Shown piece by piece: positions 39,366 through 53,597 of a DNA stretch of 64,000 bases. The notes beneath the pieces were generated by a model. The model worked only from the letters and a program-made list of their open reading frames with translations. It searched no databases and had not been told where the DNA came from. The stretch's first letter is position 1, and every line of letters starts with the position of its first letter. The stretch is from Isurus oxyrinchus (lineage: Eukaryota), in NCBI GenBank assembly GCA_026770705.1, contig JANJGN010000009.1, forward strand, positions 163,308,001 to 163,372,000, in the 5' to 3' direction. The position numbers and the translations under genes were made by a program.

Positions 39366-40363
39366 AGGTCACCCAAAGGCCTGCACACAGCTAAATAACA
39401 TTCACCAATACCAAACAGCAACAGCAACTAAAACTGTTTACTTCTCATTGTGTTTGTAAGTTTCCAAAGCTGAAGATATCAATCTCTGCTCACATGTGGC
39501 TATTCATTCACCAATGCGCAATCCTGATAGCAATCAAAAGGAATATAATTGAAACAATGCCCTTATGTGCAATACATGGATGGAAGACATGCAAGTTTAT
39601 ATTTAGTTCCCTTGGCAGAAAAGCCTGAGAGGGTGAAAGCTTAATAAGCAGAAGAAATTGCTTTTAGCTGTGCACCATCCCAGACTAAGCCAAGCAAGGA
39701 AAAAGTGTTGTCCTCAGTATGAATGTGATCATAGGAGTGTGGTTTCAGAGGTCTGGCATTAAAGTAAGGAGCCCCCACTTGGCTGATTGCCATGCACTGA
39801 CCTATTCCCCTTTGGGCTTGTGGGTTGTCTGTCTTCCCCCTTCAGGGTGGAGGTCCCAATTCCTGGAACTGACACCCAGTCAAATGGTCGACAGCCTTCT
39901 GGGCCCAGCAGCGCCAAAAGGATTGGTGGCCTCTGATGGGACTGCAGCAAGGCCCTGGCTGGGGGGCTATAGTGGGGTGGGGTGGGGTGTTGAGTCGGTA
40001 GCCTCAATGGACACAGGGGACTCAAAAAGAAGGATACAATCATTCTGACAATTCAGATTTTCACATTTCACTATGCAGGCCCCACATTATTGAGAGAATA
40101 ATTACTTTGTTAATAACTAGAGACATAAGCTTTTGTGATGAATTTAATGGGTATTTAATGGGCAAATGCAACAACTTTATCAAACTCACCGTGAGGTTAA
40201 CAGCGAGCTGGGGGTTTCATGAAGCTAATGGTAGAGTGGCACAAATCAGTCAGTAACTTGTGGCAATTTATAATTCATCTGCACAAGTTGCTGACTGATT
40301 TTCACATTAAAAGAGGTGTGTGTTGTTCATACCCCATTATATTTTCAGTAAGTTCTAGCCCAT

Positions 40364-43300
40364 TGTTATAGAGTTGATTTTCCAGGCAACTTTTCTGGGT
40401 GGAAACATTGAACTTTATAAGACAGCAGCAGCTACATGTGTGTATCTAACTCTATAACTGAAGGAAAATTCCCTGTGCCGCAAACTGATTGGTTTACACA
40501 GATCATGTGATCTTACAACAAAGGATTATTCTTAAAGTTACAATCCTATGCTTATCAAAACTATAATTACTAAATTCCTCCCCCTTTAACTTTTCTGTAC
40601 ATTTTGTATTTACAAGGATGTTTATCTCATGACATTACAATATTTACACAGGTCATGAAACTATAAATTCAATCTTTCAAGTGGTTTCCTGATCCAGGTG
40701 GAATGTCGTAGTTCCATGACTTCCGATTCTTTGGCAGGAACCACATTCTCTGGAACTGCATTAACATCAGGCACCTCATTAGGCACAGGCAGATCAGTGT
40801 CGTCCACTCTGACAGAAATATTGGGCATGACTATCCTTGATTGAACAACTTTTATAGGAAACACAGGTTCAACAATGGCTACAGGTGGAACATTATTTTG
40901 TGAAGTGTCTCCTGTCTTCTCAAATAAATCACATGTTTCCAGGTGATCCGGCCCTCCCCTTCTACATAGCACCACAATGGTCCAGTCACAGAGCTTACTT
41001 TACCAGGTAACTACTTCAAGCCTCCACCGAAATTCCTGACATATATTGCTTCTCCAACAGTAAATTGTCACTCACGGCTATGCAAATCGTGAGTGGCTTT
41101 TTGGTTCCCTTGACTTTTCTCCACCTTCCCCTCCAAATTGGGAATTATCAGGCTTAGTCTTGTTCGGAGACCATGCCTCATCAATAACTCTGCAGCTGTT
41201 GCATTTGAGGTAGTGTGGGGGGTTGTCCTGTAGTGAACTAGGAGATGTGCAAGTTTAGTTTCTAATGATTCACCTGTTAACATTTTCATTCCCACTTTAA
41301 AAGGTTGGAATGCCATTTCCGCCAATCTGTTAGGTGAAGATGGTATGGTGCAATCTTCACGTGGTTGATACCACTTAGGCTGACAAATCTTTGAAATTCA
41401 TTTCTAGTAAATGCAGCACCATTGTCGGACACTATTACATCTGGCAATCCATAGATAGAAAGGCATTGGTGTAATTTTTTTAAAGTAGTGCTTGACATTG
41501 GGGACTTAACCTCATATATGACTAACCACTTGGAATGAGCATCTAAAATCAGTAGAAACAAGGTTCAAAGAAAAGGACCAATGTAATCTATGTGCAATCT
41601 CACCCAGGGCCTACCAGGCCATTCCCATGGGTGTAATGGGGTTGCCACCAGCAACTTCGGTAGCTGCTGACATTGCACACAATGTTTAACCATCTTCTCA
41701 ATATCGCCAATATCGCCATCCAATCCCGGCCACCAAAGATAACTCTGCACGATCATCTTCATTCTTGAGATTCCCGGATAGTAAAGCCATTAAAAGCAGT
41801 TCCCTTCCTTGTGAAGGACCTACCACTCGCACACCCCATAACAGAATACCATCTTGACTGCTCATTTCATACCTGCGGTTGAAAAACGGCTTCGATTCAT
41901 CAGGCCTGGTTCCTGGGACCATCTATGTAACACTTGGTCTCTCACTCGAGGATTGGATCACAATTCGTCCAGGTTCCTATCTGCCTGGCACAGGCTAGTG
42001 AGGAATCCAAAAAAATCATCACTAATACGAGCTGTTGGGGAATTGGGGCATGATCGCTGCTCTCTTGCAGAGGAAGCTGATGTAGGGCATCGGCATTGGC
42101 TATATGAATCCCTGGCCTATGCACAAAAGTTTATTCATATGCTGCTAAAATTGGGGCCCATCTTTGAATTCATGCAGGAGCTATGGGAGGGATAGCCTTT
42201 TCCTCACTAAACAGACCCAAGGGTGGTTTGTGGCCTGATACTATCGTGAAGTGTCGTCCGTGCACGTATTGTTGGAATTTTTTACACCAAAAATAATCGA
42301 CAGACCATCCTTTTTGATCTGAGAATATCCTTTATCGAGTGTCCTGGGTACTTAGCTTCCCAGCCTCTTTATATCATCATCCACCATGTGAGGTAGTGCT
42401 GCTCTCACTCCATAGGGGGGCGCATCGCAAGTTAGCACCAATTCCTTTGTTGGGTTGTAGTGCACTAACAAATTTGAAGAGTGCAAGATCTGTTTGATTT
42501 TCATGAAGGCTTCTTCTCGGGGTGACTTCCAAACCCAACGCTGGTTTTTCTTTAGCAGTGAATGTAGAGGGGCTAGAACCATTGATAAATTTGGTAGAAA
42601 CTGGTCATAATAATTTACCATCCCTAAAAACGATTTAAATTCAGAGACGTTCTTAGGTGCAGGTGCCTCTCTGATAGTTTTAACGTTCTCTTCAACAAAG
42701 TGTAACACTTGGACATCCACCCAGTGGCGCAAATAAATTATTTCATTTGCCTGAAAAGTACAATTATCCTTCTTTAGGTGTGCTCCTGCTTCTAAAAATC
42801 ACTTCAGGACTTCCTCTAGATTAGCCAAATGTTCTGTCTCTGTCAATCCAGTTATTAGCACATTGCCCAGGGAGACCACAACTTGAGGTGGTCCTTGTGG
42901 CAAGCTCATCATCCTCTGAAAAATGGCAAGGCTGAAGAAACACCACAGGGTAGGCAAAATGGTGTACTGATGTAACCCTTTGTGAGCATTTATGGTCACA
43001 ATTTCTTTGGAGGAATCATCCGGTTCCAGTTAATGTTAAGTGTGACCCATATCTAGCTTTGTATACCTTGTCCCTCCTGCTAGTTTAGCATAGAGGTCTT
43101 CAATTCTGGGAATAGGGCACCTGCCCAGTCTGGCTGCTTTGTTGGCCGTTAGCGTCTCGTCCCCACAGATCTGGGTGGTCTGATCCAGTTCCAGGGCAGG
43201 GACTATGGGTGCTGTCCACTCTGAGAACTGAACCGTTTTTTTGATGCCCAGCCTCTCTAGCTGGTTCAACTCAATGCCAACCTTCTCTCTCAGAGCATAT

Positions 43301-43482
43301 TGCTTTCAAAAAGCGAGGAGTTGCTTCCGAATCCATGTAAACCTTGGCCTGTCGGCTTTTGCTTTTCCACAGTTCACCCTGAAGGATGCTGTCATATTTC
43401 TTTAGCAGCTCTGGCAGTCCTCCTGCTCACAACTGGAAGATTTAGGTCTAATTTAATTTCATCTCTTTCAACCAATCACAAC
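40364..43482 (-). mobile_element. Gypsy element D (canonical RT-RH-IN order), 3' LTR 40364-40574
   Basis: EWTAPIVP, KLDM, FLGMVNYY, TCDA, ANADAL, WWPGLD..C..C, HIDY, SDNG and YRTTPH motifs; PPT at 40575-40589. Confidence 0.88.
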
Positions 43483-46172
43483 ATAGGAGGCCCCTCACCT
43501 TCTGCCAGTCACTGCCTGAGCAGGTCAGGCGTGTGCCCACCCACTGAGGTAAAAATGTTGCCCTTAAAGCCTGGCTGCAAGAGCGCTGCTCCGGTTTCTT
43601 ATTGATGACAATGTAACACCATGCTGGTGGGGGCGTAAGGTTGGCCAGCTCACGGTGGGTGCCTCTGTGCTACGTGAGGGCAGCACTGTGCAGCGGCTGT
43701 CAGGGTGGGCTGTACCCTGGTACTGAGACTAGCATTTTGAACAAGGTTGTGGGGGGTCGGGGGAGGGGTGGCAATGTGTTATGGTTGGGTTGGAAAGGGG
43801 GGGTGGGGGGGAGGTATGACGGAGAAATGGGGGCAATAGGTAAGGTGGGTTTGGAAGAGGGGAGAAGGATGAAGGAGACATTGGAGGACTGGGCTATGGT
43901 GTGGCTGAAAGAGTGGCGAAAGAGGCAGTGTAGGAGCTCTCCATGGCAGCAACCCCTGATGTTCATTAACAGGAAAGGTCCCACTCCATGAACGTTCAAC
44001 TGGTCTGAAATCATCAGAAGCACATCATGCGCATTTGTGCCAGGTACCCTGGGCGTTCCTTCGATTCATCCATGTTGAGTCACCTCCAGATGCCTCACAT
44101 ATTCGAAGGGGCTTAGCAACTACAGGGCTGGCTGTTTGGGGATAAGGGATGCCCCCTCAAATGATGGCTCATGGCGCCCATGTGTAATCTTCAGAGTGCC
44201 TCGGGGGAGAGATACAACACGGCACATAGCTCAACACAACGCATCATTGAGCAGAAGCTTTTAGCGGACATTGAGATGTGTGCGTGGTTGCCAAGATCAT
44301 CGTGGCTGCAGGTCTTGTGCTTTGGCGTGACCAGTGAAGGCAGCCATCTCGTTTGGAGAGACAATTACAGCTAAGCCTTCAAGGCTGCTGGGCATGCCTA
44401 ACTCCAGGCTGCCTTGTAAGGAGTAAAGCTTGCTAACGCATTTTGCAAACATTTCCAGGAAAGAGTTTGACCCATCTTCCTGAAATAACACAAGGACAGA
44501 GCAACTATCGTGAGTCAGCTACACATCACATGAATACGAGGTTCACAAAGGGAAGTGATCATTGAGTGGGAGCATGGCTCACCCTCGCAATGAGAGGGCA
44601 CATAGATACATACACACAACGCTTTCAAATGTGAGACCATGCTCATGAACAGCAAATGTATTTACAAAGGTACGAAATACAGACAGTGATTGAAAACCCA
44701 TGACCCAGGAGTAATGTCAAAGTTTGTTAGTTTTTCTAAACCTACAGCTACGTCTGGCAGCAGCCGCAAAATCTGCAGCAGAGATGGAAGCGGCCTGCTG
44801 AATGCTACGCCATGTTGTCCGAGATGACCTTGGCGGGTATCCTCTGGAAGCCCGAGGTCTGGAGGGCCATGGTGTGATAAGGGTCTGCTGCTCAGGGTCA
44901 TACGCACCCTCCTCTGCCTGACCAGCTGAAGTTCATGGGGTCACAAACAGAGGGAATTCAGAATGGCAGGACACCCTTGGAGTGTCCTGTGTGGAGGCCA
45001 GGCTGATGCTCATCCCCCCTGTGGGTGTCTGTGGGCTCCTCCTTGACTCCTTGAATGCAGTGATGATCTTCAGCGAGTGGATCATCATCCTCCTCCTCTG
45101 AGGTGAGCTGTGGGCTGAGGCTTATATTGGCTCTGCTGGCCTGTCTCGGTCTGCTGCTGCCTGTAGAAAGCAGATAGATTTAGTTCACGTGCATGTCACT
45201 CACTTAGAATGTCAGGAAGTGATCCACTCTTGGGGGGATCACCTGTACTGGGTTGCTGGGAGAAGCCGATCTCACCTTCCCCACAGGAGCGATCCCTGCC
45301 CTCCCCTGACAACTCAAATTTGGGGAGTTTAACTAATTTGGTCATCCCTCCTTCCCCCTGAGATCTCTCCCTTTTGTTGTGGGCGAGCTTCTTCTGCATG
45401 AAGACAAATGGTTGCAAAGTGATGAGATGAGATGGAGGACAGGTTGGGGGGAAGCATGCATCCCTGCTGTGTGCCCTGAACCCTCCCCAGCAAGGGCTGA
45501 GGTTGGAGTTTGTGCAGCAGGACAGATGAGATGCTGGTGATGTTAAAGTGTCAGTGAGACAATCTGAGCTGGTGTCCCCCCCCCACCCCCCCACATCTAA
45601 TATTGTGTGAGATCCCTGAGCAGTGTAACCGGTTGAGGTGCATGTCCTCATTGTGAGAGTGTGAGATTGGAGTGCGCTGAAGATTGACATACCCTGGCAG
45701 AACGGGTGAGATCCTTCATCCTCTTCCTGCACTGAATGACGTTTCTCGGGCTGACCTCCCTTGCGACTGCCTCCCAGGCTGACCACAATGAGCCTGGCAG
45801 GTTTCCTGGAGCGATCCCTCGGGTAGAGGACATCCCGGTGGTGGCAGAATCCACGGATGAGGGCCTCAAGGGAGTCATTGCTAAAACTTGGTACCGCCTT
45901 CTTTATGAGTGTATCCATCCCGAGAGGTTTCCTGAACATAGCAGTGCTGGAGACAGTGAATGTGGGTGTTCAGGTGGTGTTTAAGCATGGAGCCTGGACC
46001 AAGGTAATGGTGGGGCAGACTAATCAGTTCCCGACCTGCCATCTTATTTGGAGAGCTACTTGCCCGTGCACAAATAATTAGCTTCTGAGCACAAAATCAA
46101 GCATGATTTCACGCCTCTCCGACCAGCAGGAAATGCACCCACCTGCCCTGGCACCGAGTTTCCAAAATGGAT
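43483..46172 (+). mobile_element. Older, degraded Harbinger copy 3 (transposase 43960-44260 +, Myb gene 45196-45939 -)
   Basis: FINRKG.HSMNVQ, CARYPG and GDKG; Myb PSFSNDSLEAL...QCRKRMKDL and KKLAHNKRER. Ends are approximate. Confidence 0.75.
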
Positions 46173-46239
46173 AACTCCACCCAATGCCTTGAGTGGCTCT
46201 CCTCCCAAATCAGCGTTTCCCTTTCAGCCATGAGGTGGG

Positions 46240-47172
46240 TGTTAGGATACACTAGGTGGCATCTGCCAAGCTGACCAAACCTACCAGGGAAACTTGGCCG
46301 TGCTATCATAACAGCTTTGCAATTTGTACTTATTACGAGAAGGTTTGTGAACTGATTTGGAAGTAATGAGTCTACTAACACCTTTAGAGATTGTAAAAAT
46401 TAAATTAAAACATTTATTAACAAAAGAAAAGAAGAAAACACAAATACAAGATTACAATTAAATGGTTACTTAATATTGTAACAACTCCCAAAATTCCTCA
46501 TTAACCAGACTCCCAATGACACACCCCATTTAAGGCAACGGTCCAAAATAGATTTTAAATTTATAGGCAACCCAACAAGGTTACCACAAGCACCTACTCG
46601 ACAGTGGAATTCCAAAGTCTTTTAAAATAACTTTGGTTACTGGAACAACAGACTTCTGCAAAGTTGCTAGAAATTTCACATGGCCCCCTTTCAGATGCCA
46701 GACGACTACCCTCCCATAGCCTCCCAATCCTTTTTTAAATATATTTCTTCCTCTTTAATCTCTAAATCCCATTGTTACCCCATGTCTTTGGAATTTACTT
46801 TTCCCGTTATATAAAGATATTTCAAGTTGTCATTGTGGCTAGCACTTCAGGTAAAAATCAACGTTATAACCCACCTTATTTATCTTGTTAGATGTAAACA
46901 TACTACGAAACCAAACACCTCTCCACTTACTTCAAAATGCAAATTTCATTCACAATCTATCTGCTGATTCTTTACCCTAGCTCACTCATTCGCATTTCAA
47001 ATGCCCTTTTTACACCTAACCCTTTTGGATAATTTCAACCTTGCAGTACATCCATGGCTAATTTAATTAAATCAGCCACACAGGTACAGAACCATCCACC
47101 CACACACAAACATAAGCCTACTTTACAACATCCCACGATAATATTATGAAAAAATATGATAGTTTTGTGACA
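46240..47172 (-). mobile_element. Solo LTR of the element A family
   Basis: Reverse complement resembles 430-1337 (ttgttaataaatgttttaatttaa, caaattgcaaa, aagtttccc); TG...CA ends. Confidence 0.75.
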
Positions 47173-49444
47173 CGTGGGAATTGCCTTCAGAGTGATGGGC
47201 GGAGTTACACAGCGCCAATGGTAGGGCATTGGCCAGCTTCTTGATGCTCTTGGTGTTTAACCAGAGTGCCATTCACCAGGCTCCCTCGCCAACAACTACA
47301 ACATTGGAAATACTTAGCCCCATATCAGGGGGATAAGCAGAGGCATCCTCATCTTGAAATTGAATCTCATCCCCAGTTACCCAATCACAATTTACTTTCG
47401 ATTCTGTGAATTGAGTTCCTTATCTACCTGAAATCTGATTCATAACTTGCCTGTGAATCTGGTAAATGGGGCAGAGGGAGACCTTTAACCGCATATCAAG
47501 GCGTTCAAATCTCCTCATCCTGATAGAATTGTTGCTCAGCACAAACAACCGGATTCACATTAGTCAAATAAAACAAGCATTTTAATACATCTCTATATCT
47601 TATTGTGGAGATAACTTACATAAGGGGAAAAACAATCACGCTACAGAGGGTTCATTGAACTTTCATAGCAAGAGAGGTGGGCCTGTTCCAACTCACTTCA
47701 TAATTCAGTATTGATAATGAGCTTGGGTCACCATTATCCATACAGTCTAAAATTTTAAAACTCCCATTTTCAGGAATTTATTTTGATGGAAATTAGTTTT
47801 GTTCTTTTGTTAAATGTAACTGACAGAAGTTCAAGTTCTTAGGGGTCAGATTTCATCAGCTGCCTTAATGTGGTTTCATGACCTGGCTTCCTGCTATCTT
47901 CTTCCTCATTTAAATTCCTTGTATCATTTATATTAGATACTTATTTCGATATGAGAAAGTGAGGATAGTGTCTCTGTATCTAGGACAGAAACTCTGTGTT
48001 TGAGTCCCACTTCTATTCTCGATGGGAATGGAAGGCGTAGGCCCAACAGGTAGATTATCAACCTCAAAATCTTCCAACAGACTTAAGGCAGGCGGTAAGA
48101 GGCAGACAGACTCCTGGTCAGTCATGCTTGATGTGGAGTGGTGTTTCTCATGCTGTAGTCTCTGGTTTCAGGCTTGTGACCTGTTCCAGGAATAACACAC
48201 TAGTGCAAAGAGACGTAAGCATGTGCTGTGTCTGCCTCATGTGTCTAGAAGTGGTAATTCTTCTAAGTTTAAAGGAACAAAATACACAGCAAAAATAAAT
48301 GAAGAATATTTGTGAAGTATTGTAATATCTTGTGAATATACTATCACACTGTGGAAATACTTACCAGATAAGCTAAAACAATTTACTAATTATGAATGAA
48401 AAACAAAGGACAATTTATTTATTAAGAGGTGACAAAAGCAACATTTTTGACAGGAAAGCCCATTTTAACTGGTTATTTTAAAAAATATAACCTGATGTCC
48501 AATATACACTGAAGACCACAGTACTGGTAACACTACACACAGAACATGTCTCGAGTTCACAATTGTTTCAGTTGTTTGTAAAGTACAGTTGATGAAATAT
48601 TGTTTTATGAGGCTCTCTCAGTGACACCGTTCCTCACTGGCAGCTGGTTGGTCTACATTACTCTTCCCATAAATAGTCTTTTCCTTTTCATTCTTTAACT
48701 TCTATTTTCTAACAAGGAATGTTAAACTCCCAGTCCCATCTACTCTAAGCCATTACTCTGTTAATTCTATTACATCAACGTCCACATAATGTTTTGTCCC
48801 TCTAGCTTATCAACATGATACAGAATACTTTATGCACTTATTGACATGCAACCGAAGCGTGTTTCTGCCTGTTTGGCAATCTTCCTCTATTCAATCCTTC
48901 CTCTATCCGATTTGATCTGTTTTCCATTCCCTTCTCACTTTTAATCTTTCTGATATCTTTTTTCCTTTTAAGCTCTTCTCACTTGTCCTTTAATTACTTT
49001 TAATCTCTATCCATTTTTTAATGCAAACTCTTTCCCCACAGCATGAGTTTCTCTCAAGACCATTGGTCTAATAACTGTTCAAGTCAAGTCCATCTATTCC
49101 TCCAAAGGCTTCACCCAGGTTCAATGTGTCAGGAATCTAAACACTTTACTCATACATCACCTCTACAGCAAAATAATTACTTTTGCTTTCTTACTATTCT
49201 TAGTCTGACAACCATCTGACACTGGGGATAATCCAATGTTTACTAAACTCAATGTCCTGCTCATTGATCTATCTCCAAGTTCCTGAATCTCCTTTGCTGA
49301 ACCTCAATTTTTTTCCTTTCTATGTTCTTTGTTGTATGAACCGTGTTCCCTTCCCTCTACTAACCCTCCTGCAGTACAGGTTGTAGCCAACTCAGTTGAG
49401 AAGGTGGAAATTCTTTTGATTGTTCTTTTTGTGCTGAATGACAG

Positions 49445-50495
49445 GAGACATACCCAGCACAAAGGAAGATGGTTGTGTATGTTGGAGGTCAGTCATCTCA
49501 GCTCCAGGACATCACTGCAGGAGTCCCTCAGGGTAGTGTCCTCGGCCCGACCGTCTTCAGCTGCTTCATCAATGACCTTCCTTCCATCATAAGGTCAGAA
49601 GTGGGGATGCTCGCTGATGATTACACAATGTTCAGCACCATTCGTGACTCCTCAGGCACTAAAGCAGTCCATGTTCAAATGCAGCAAGACCTGGACAATA
49701 TCCAGGCTTGGGCTGACAAGTGGCAAGTAACATTCACGCCACACAAGTGTCAGGCAATGACCACCTCCAACAAGCGAGAATCCAACCATCGCCCCTTGAT
49801 GTTCAATGACTTTACCATCACTGAACCCCTCATTATCAACATCCTGGGGGATACCATTGACCAGAAACTGAACTGGACTAGCCATATAAATACTGTGGCT
49901 ACAAGAGCAAGTCAGAAGCTAGGAATCATGCGACGAGTAACTCACCTCCTGACTCCCCAAAGCCTATCAAACATCTACAAGGCACAAGTCAGGAGTGTGA
50001 TGGAATACTCCCCATGTTCCTGGATGAGCGCAGCTCCCACAACACTCAAAAAGCTGGACACCATCCAGGACAAAGCAGCCCACTTGATTGGCACCCTATC
50101 CACAAACATTCTACTCCCTCCACCACCGACACACAGTAGCAGCAGTGTGTACCATCGACAAGATGCACTGCAGGAATTCACCAAGGCTCCATCGACAGCA
50201 CCTTCCAAACCCAAGACCACTACCATCTAGAAGGACAAGGGCAGCAGATAGATGGGAACACCACCACCTGGAAATTCCCCTCCAAGTCACTCACCATCCT
50301 GACTTGGAAATATATCGCCGTTCCTTTTCTGTTGCTGGGTCAAAATCCTGGAACTCCCTAACAGTACTGTGGGTGTACCTACAACACATGGATTGCAGCA
50401 GTTCAAGAAGGCAGCTCACCACCACTTTCTCAAGGGCAACTAGAGATGGGCAGTAAATGCTGGTCCAGCCAGTGAAGCCCACATCCCATGAAGGA
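49445..50495 (+). mobile_element. 5'-truncated CR1-group LINE (RT C-terminus and 3' UTR)
   Basis: AGVPQGSVLGP and LADD (ORF 49469-50230); absent at the paralogous position in gene 1. Confidence 0.88.
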
Positions 50496-51558
50496 ATTAA
50501 CAAAAATTGTAGAAGAATCACAATTACATTGCTGCTGTTGAAAAAAAGATTTGCATTTATATAGCATCACTATTGCAATATAGAAAAATCAGCAATATCT
50601 AAAACATAAAACAGAACCACTGATGACCAGATAATCTGATCTTTCAGTCATTGTTGATTGAAGGATAAATGTGGGTGAGTACACTGTCGAGGATTCACCT
50701 GCTCCTCTTCAAAATGCCACCATGGGAGCTTTACACTTGCCTAAGAAAGCAGATAGTGCCTTCATAGGTGTCTGTCCAACCACCACGTAGTGAGAAACCA
50801 CTCACCACCCCATTCATTCCACCTTTCCCCCTGACATCCCCATGAAGTCTGTAACAGCTCCTACAACACCAGGCCTCCAATTTTCCAAGCATCGATCACA
50901 CCTCCTCCGCCCTCCCCAGGTTTCTCATTCCCCCCGGCCTCTCATGGCCCAGCCCAACAACTCCAATTCCCCTGAGTTCTCCAGACCTACCCCAGGGGCC
51001 TAATCACCCCCTCAGGTATCCAATTCCCTACTCTAAGCCTGCAACCATCCTCCTATCACATACACCCTCCCTGAGGCCTGGAAACCTCACTGTCTGAGGT
51101 CCCCAGCCCACCCAACATCTCAACACACCCTCCTGGCAGGATCCATCCCCCACCTCCTTGGGTCAGTGCAAAGACCAAGCACCTCCTGTGGCCCCCTTCC
51201 ACACTGCTCCCCCAACCGACTGCAAAGCAGGCCTGTCAGTCAGGCTGGTTTCCGAGAGGAGGACCTTTCTATGGTGTCACAGACACACTAGGGTTAAACC
51301 CCACAGTGTGAGGCAGAACTCCAATTTCCAGGTTCCCCACACTCTCCCAGCCCCTGCCAGTGGGTCAAGAAAATACCTAAAATATCTCACAAGTAAATCA
51401 TTGCCTGTGAAATGTTTTGGGACACCCTGAGGTAAGTGTCTATATTAACAATTACTTTCATCACAAACTAAATGGAATTTAACTCATTAAAAGCTATCTG
51501 TTTGAATTAAGCAGTTATTTCCTGTTCAGTATCTGAAATGTTGTCTCCTCAATTTCAG

Positions 51559-51864
51559 GTGCATTGTGGGCAAAAGAGACAGTAACAGGAGTTGTGGGAA
51601 GAGCGATCACAATAGAATGTCACTATGATGCAACAGACCAGTCAAACAGGAAATATTGGTGTCACAACTGGAATCGCCAGTGTTATGTTTTCGTAATGAC
51701 AAGCTGGCAAAATCCAAGAATGTTGATCACAGATAACAAGTCACAAGGAATATTTGCTGTTACTATGAAGGAACTTCACTCAGAAAATGCCGGATCGTAC
51801 AGCTGCGGTATTCAACAGCCTGGCAATGATCTCGTGTTTGCTGTAGAGCTACAAATATCTTACG
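51559..51864 (+). CDS. Gene 2 IgV exon (open frame)
   Basis: ITIECHY...KYWCHNWNRQC...YSCG. The upstream acceptor is CAA where gene 1 has CAG; the in-frame TCAG acceptor is intact. Confidence 0.75.
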
Positions 51865-53597
51865 GTACATTTCTCAGCGATTTTCTTTATTATTCTCAAC
51901 TGAAATGTCTGCTCAATGTTTTATCTGGGAGGAAACGTGACAGCTCTGATATCCCGAGGCTCCACAGCAATGCAGAGTCTTGCAGGTAAAGGGCAGAGGT
52001 CGGGAAATCCGACTCATGTTACCCAAACCCAATTCGTCACCTGTCCAAATTTCTGACCAAGAATTTCAACTATTAAGGATTGTGTCAGGTATCACATGGG
52101 ATCTTCAGAGCACTTCCCTGCCTCTGAACTTTTTTAAAATTCATTCATGGGATGTGGGTGTCACTGGCTAGGCCAGCATTTATTGCTCATCCCTAATTGC
52201 CCTTGAGAAGGCAGTGGTGAGAATTAAATATCAAACTGTCAGGTGTTTACATTCAGACTAAACTAAACGTCAGGCAATAACAAAAGCAGTGAACAGCAAG
52301 TTGTTACTGATGGTGTAAACTCTTTGAAAATTATAAAAATAGAATCAATCTACAGAGCTGAACAGGTTTCATAGTCTCCCTGATAGGATGGGTGTGACAC
52401 ACAGAGTCAACAAGATACTTGGGTTAGCCTAACAGAGTTCAACTTTACAAGTGAACTAAAGTGAAATTGTAAAGGTGTTTTGATCGGAAAAGAAGCACTC
52501 TTTTTTAACTGTTGAGACAATTGCCCATAACTTCCAAGCTACCAGGTGTCGTAATGGAGGGCACCCCAAAGATGCAACGGGGAACCATCCCATCCCCCAG
52601 AATTCTCCAGGTAAGGATTGCCCAGCAATTGCCCAAGAAATTTAAACTTCCACTGGGCAGTTGCACTGCATCAGAAACCATCCAACGGTCTGATTCAAAT
52701 CGCAGACTTCGGATCGTTCTGGCTGCCTTACAGGAATAATAACCCAGGAAATGTTAGAAGAATTAAAACCACTTATAACTTCTGGGTATTTGTAGCACTG
52801 GCCCCCCACAGGACTCCTCCCAAACCCCTGACCCACCCACATAACCCCCATGACCACCCGACCCCGCACCCACCCCCCCCCACCCCCCACAATGAACACC
52901 CAACCTCCCCCACTGACCACCCGACCCCAATCCCCCAACCACCCAATTACCCTGCAACCAAGCAACATACACCCCAATCCACCAGGAGCCCCAGCGGAGC
53001 CCCCCACCCCGACTGACCCTTTCCACTGACCACCCAATCCCCATCCTCCTGACCAGCCGACCCCCCGACTGAGGCCCCCATCGACCCCACAACTGAACAG
53101 CCGCCCAACCCCCACCCCGTACTGACCACCCAACATCCCCCCCACCCACACTCCTGCTCACTTACCTTACCTCCGAGTCTCCAGCCCTCGACTAAAGCCC
53201 TGGGGGACCGGGCTGCCCTATGTGGTTCTCACCCCGGCATGAGTCAGAAGGTTGGGTGAGAAAGGAATGGCTGGGTTTCTGGGTAAGTAACTAGGAGCAG
53301 AGCAGCAGTCCGATTCTGACTGCCACTTGGTGCAAGTTCAGGGCCATTATCTTCCTCCCAAGCATATCTCCAGATCAGGATCAAAATAATTTTTAATTTT
53401 GAGAGCTTTTCTTGAGGATTAATCAGGGGCTAATTTTTTATTTTGTGGGGTCTATTTTTTGGTTTTCAGGTATTCCCTCTTCATTCTCATTAACTCCTTT
53501 ATTAGGCGATGCAGTAGTAACGTTACCGTCTGTACTTGTGGTTTTATCAGGATTTATTTCTTTAGATAGATAAGATAGTATAATTACCGAAGACTAT

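Noticed and set aside
47951-47964. ATG AGA AA|GTGAGG at the gene 2 deletion junction as a replacement first exon
   Set aside because: It is phase 2, so out of frame with the phase-1 V exon, and it encodes no signal peptide.
52618-53161. Pro/His-rich and Gly-rich ORFs
   Set aside because: Low-complexity C-rich tract, probably within a repeat.
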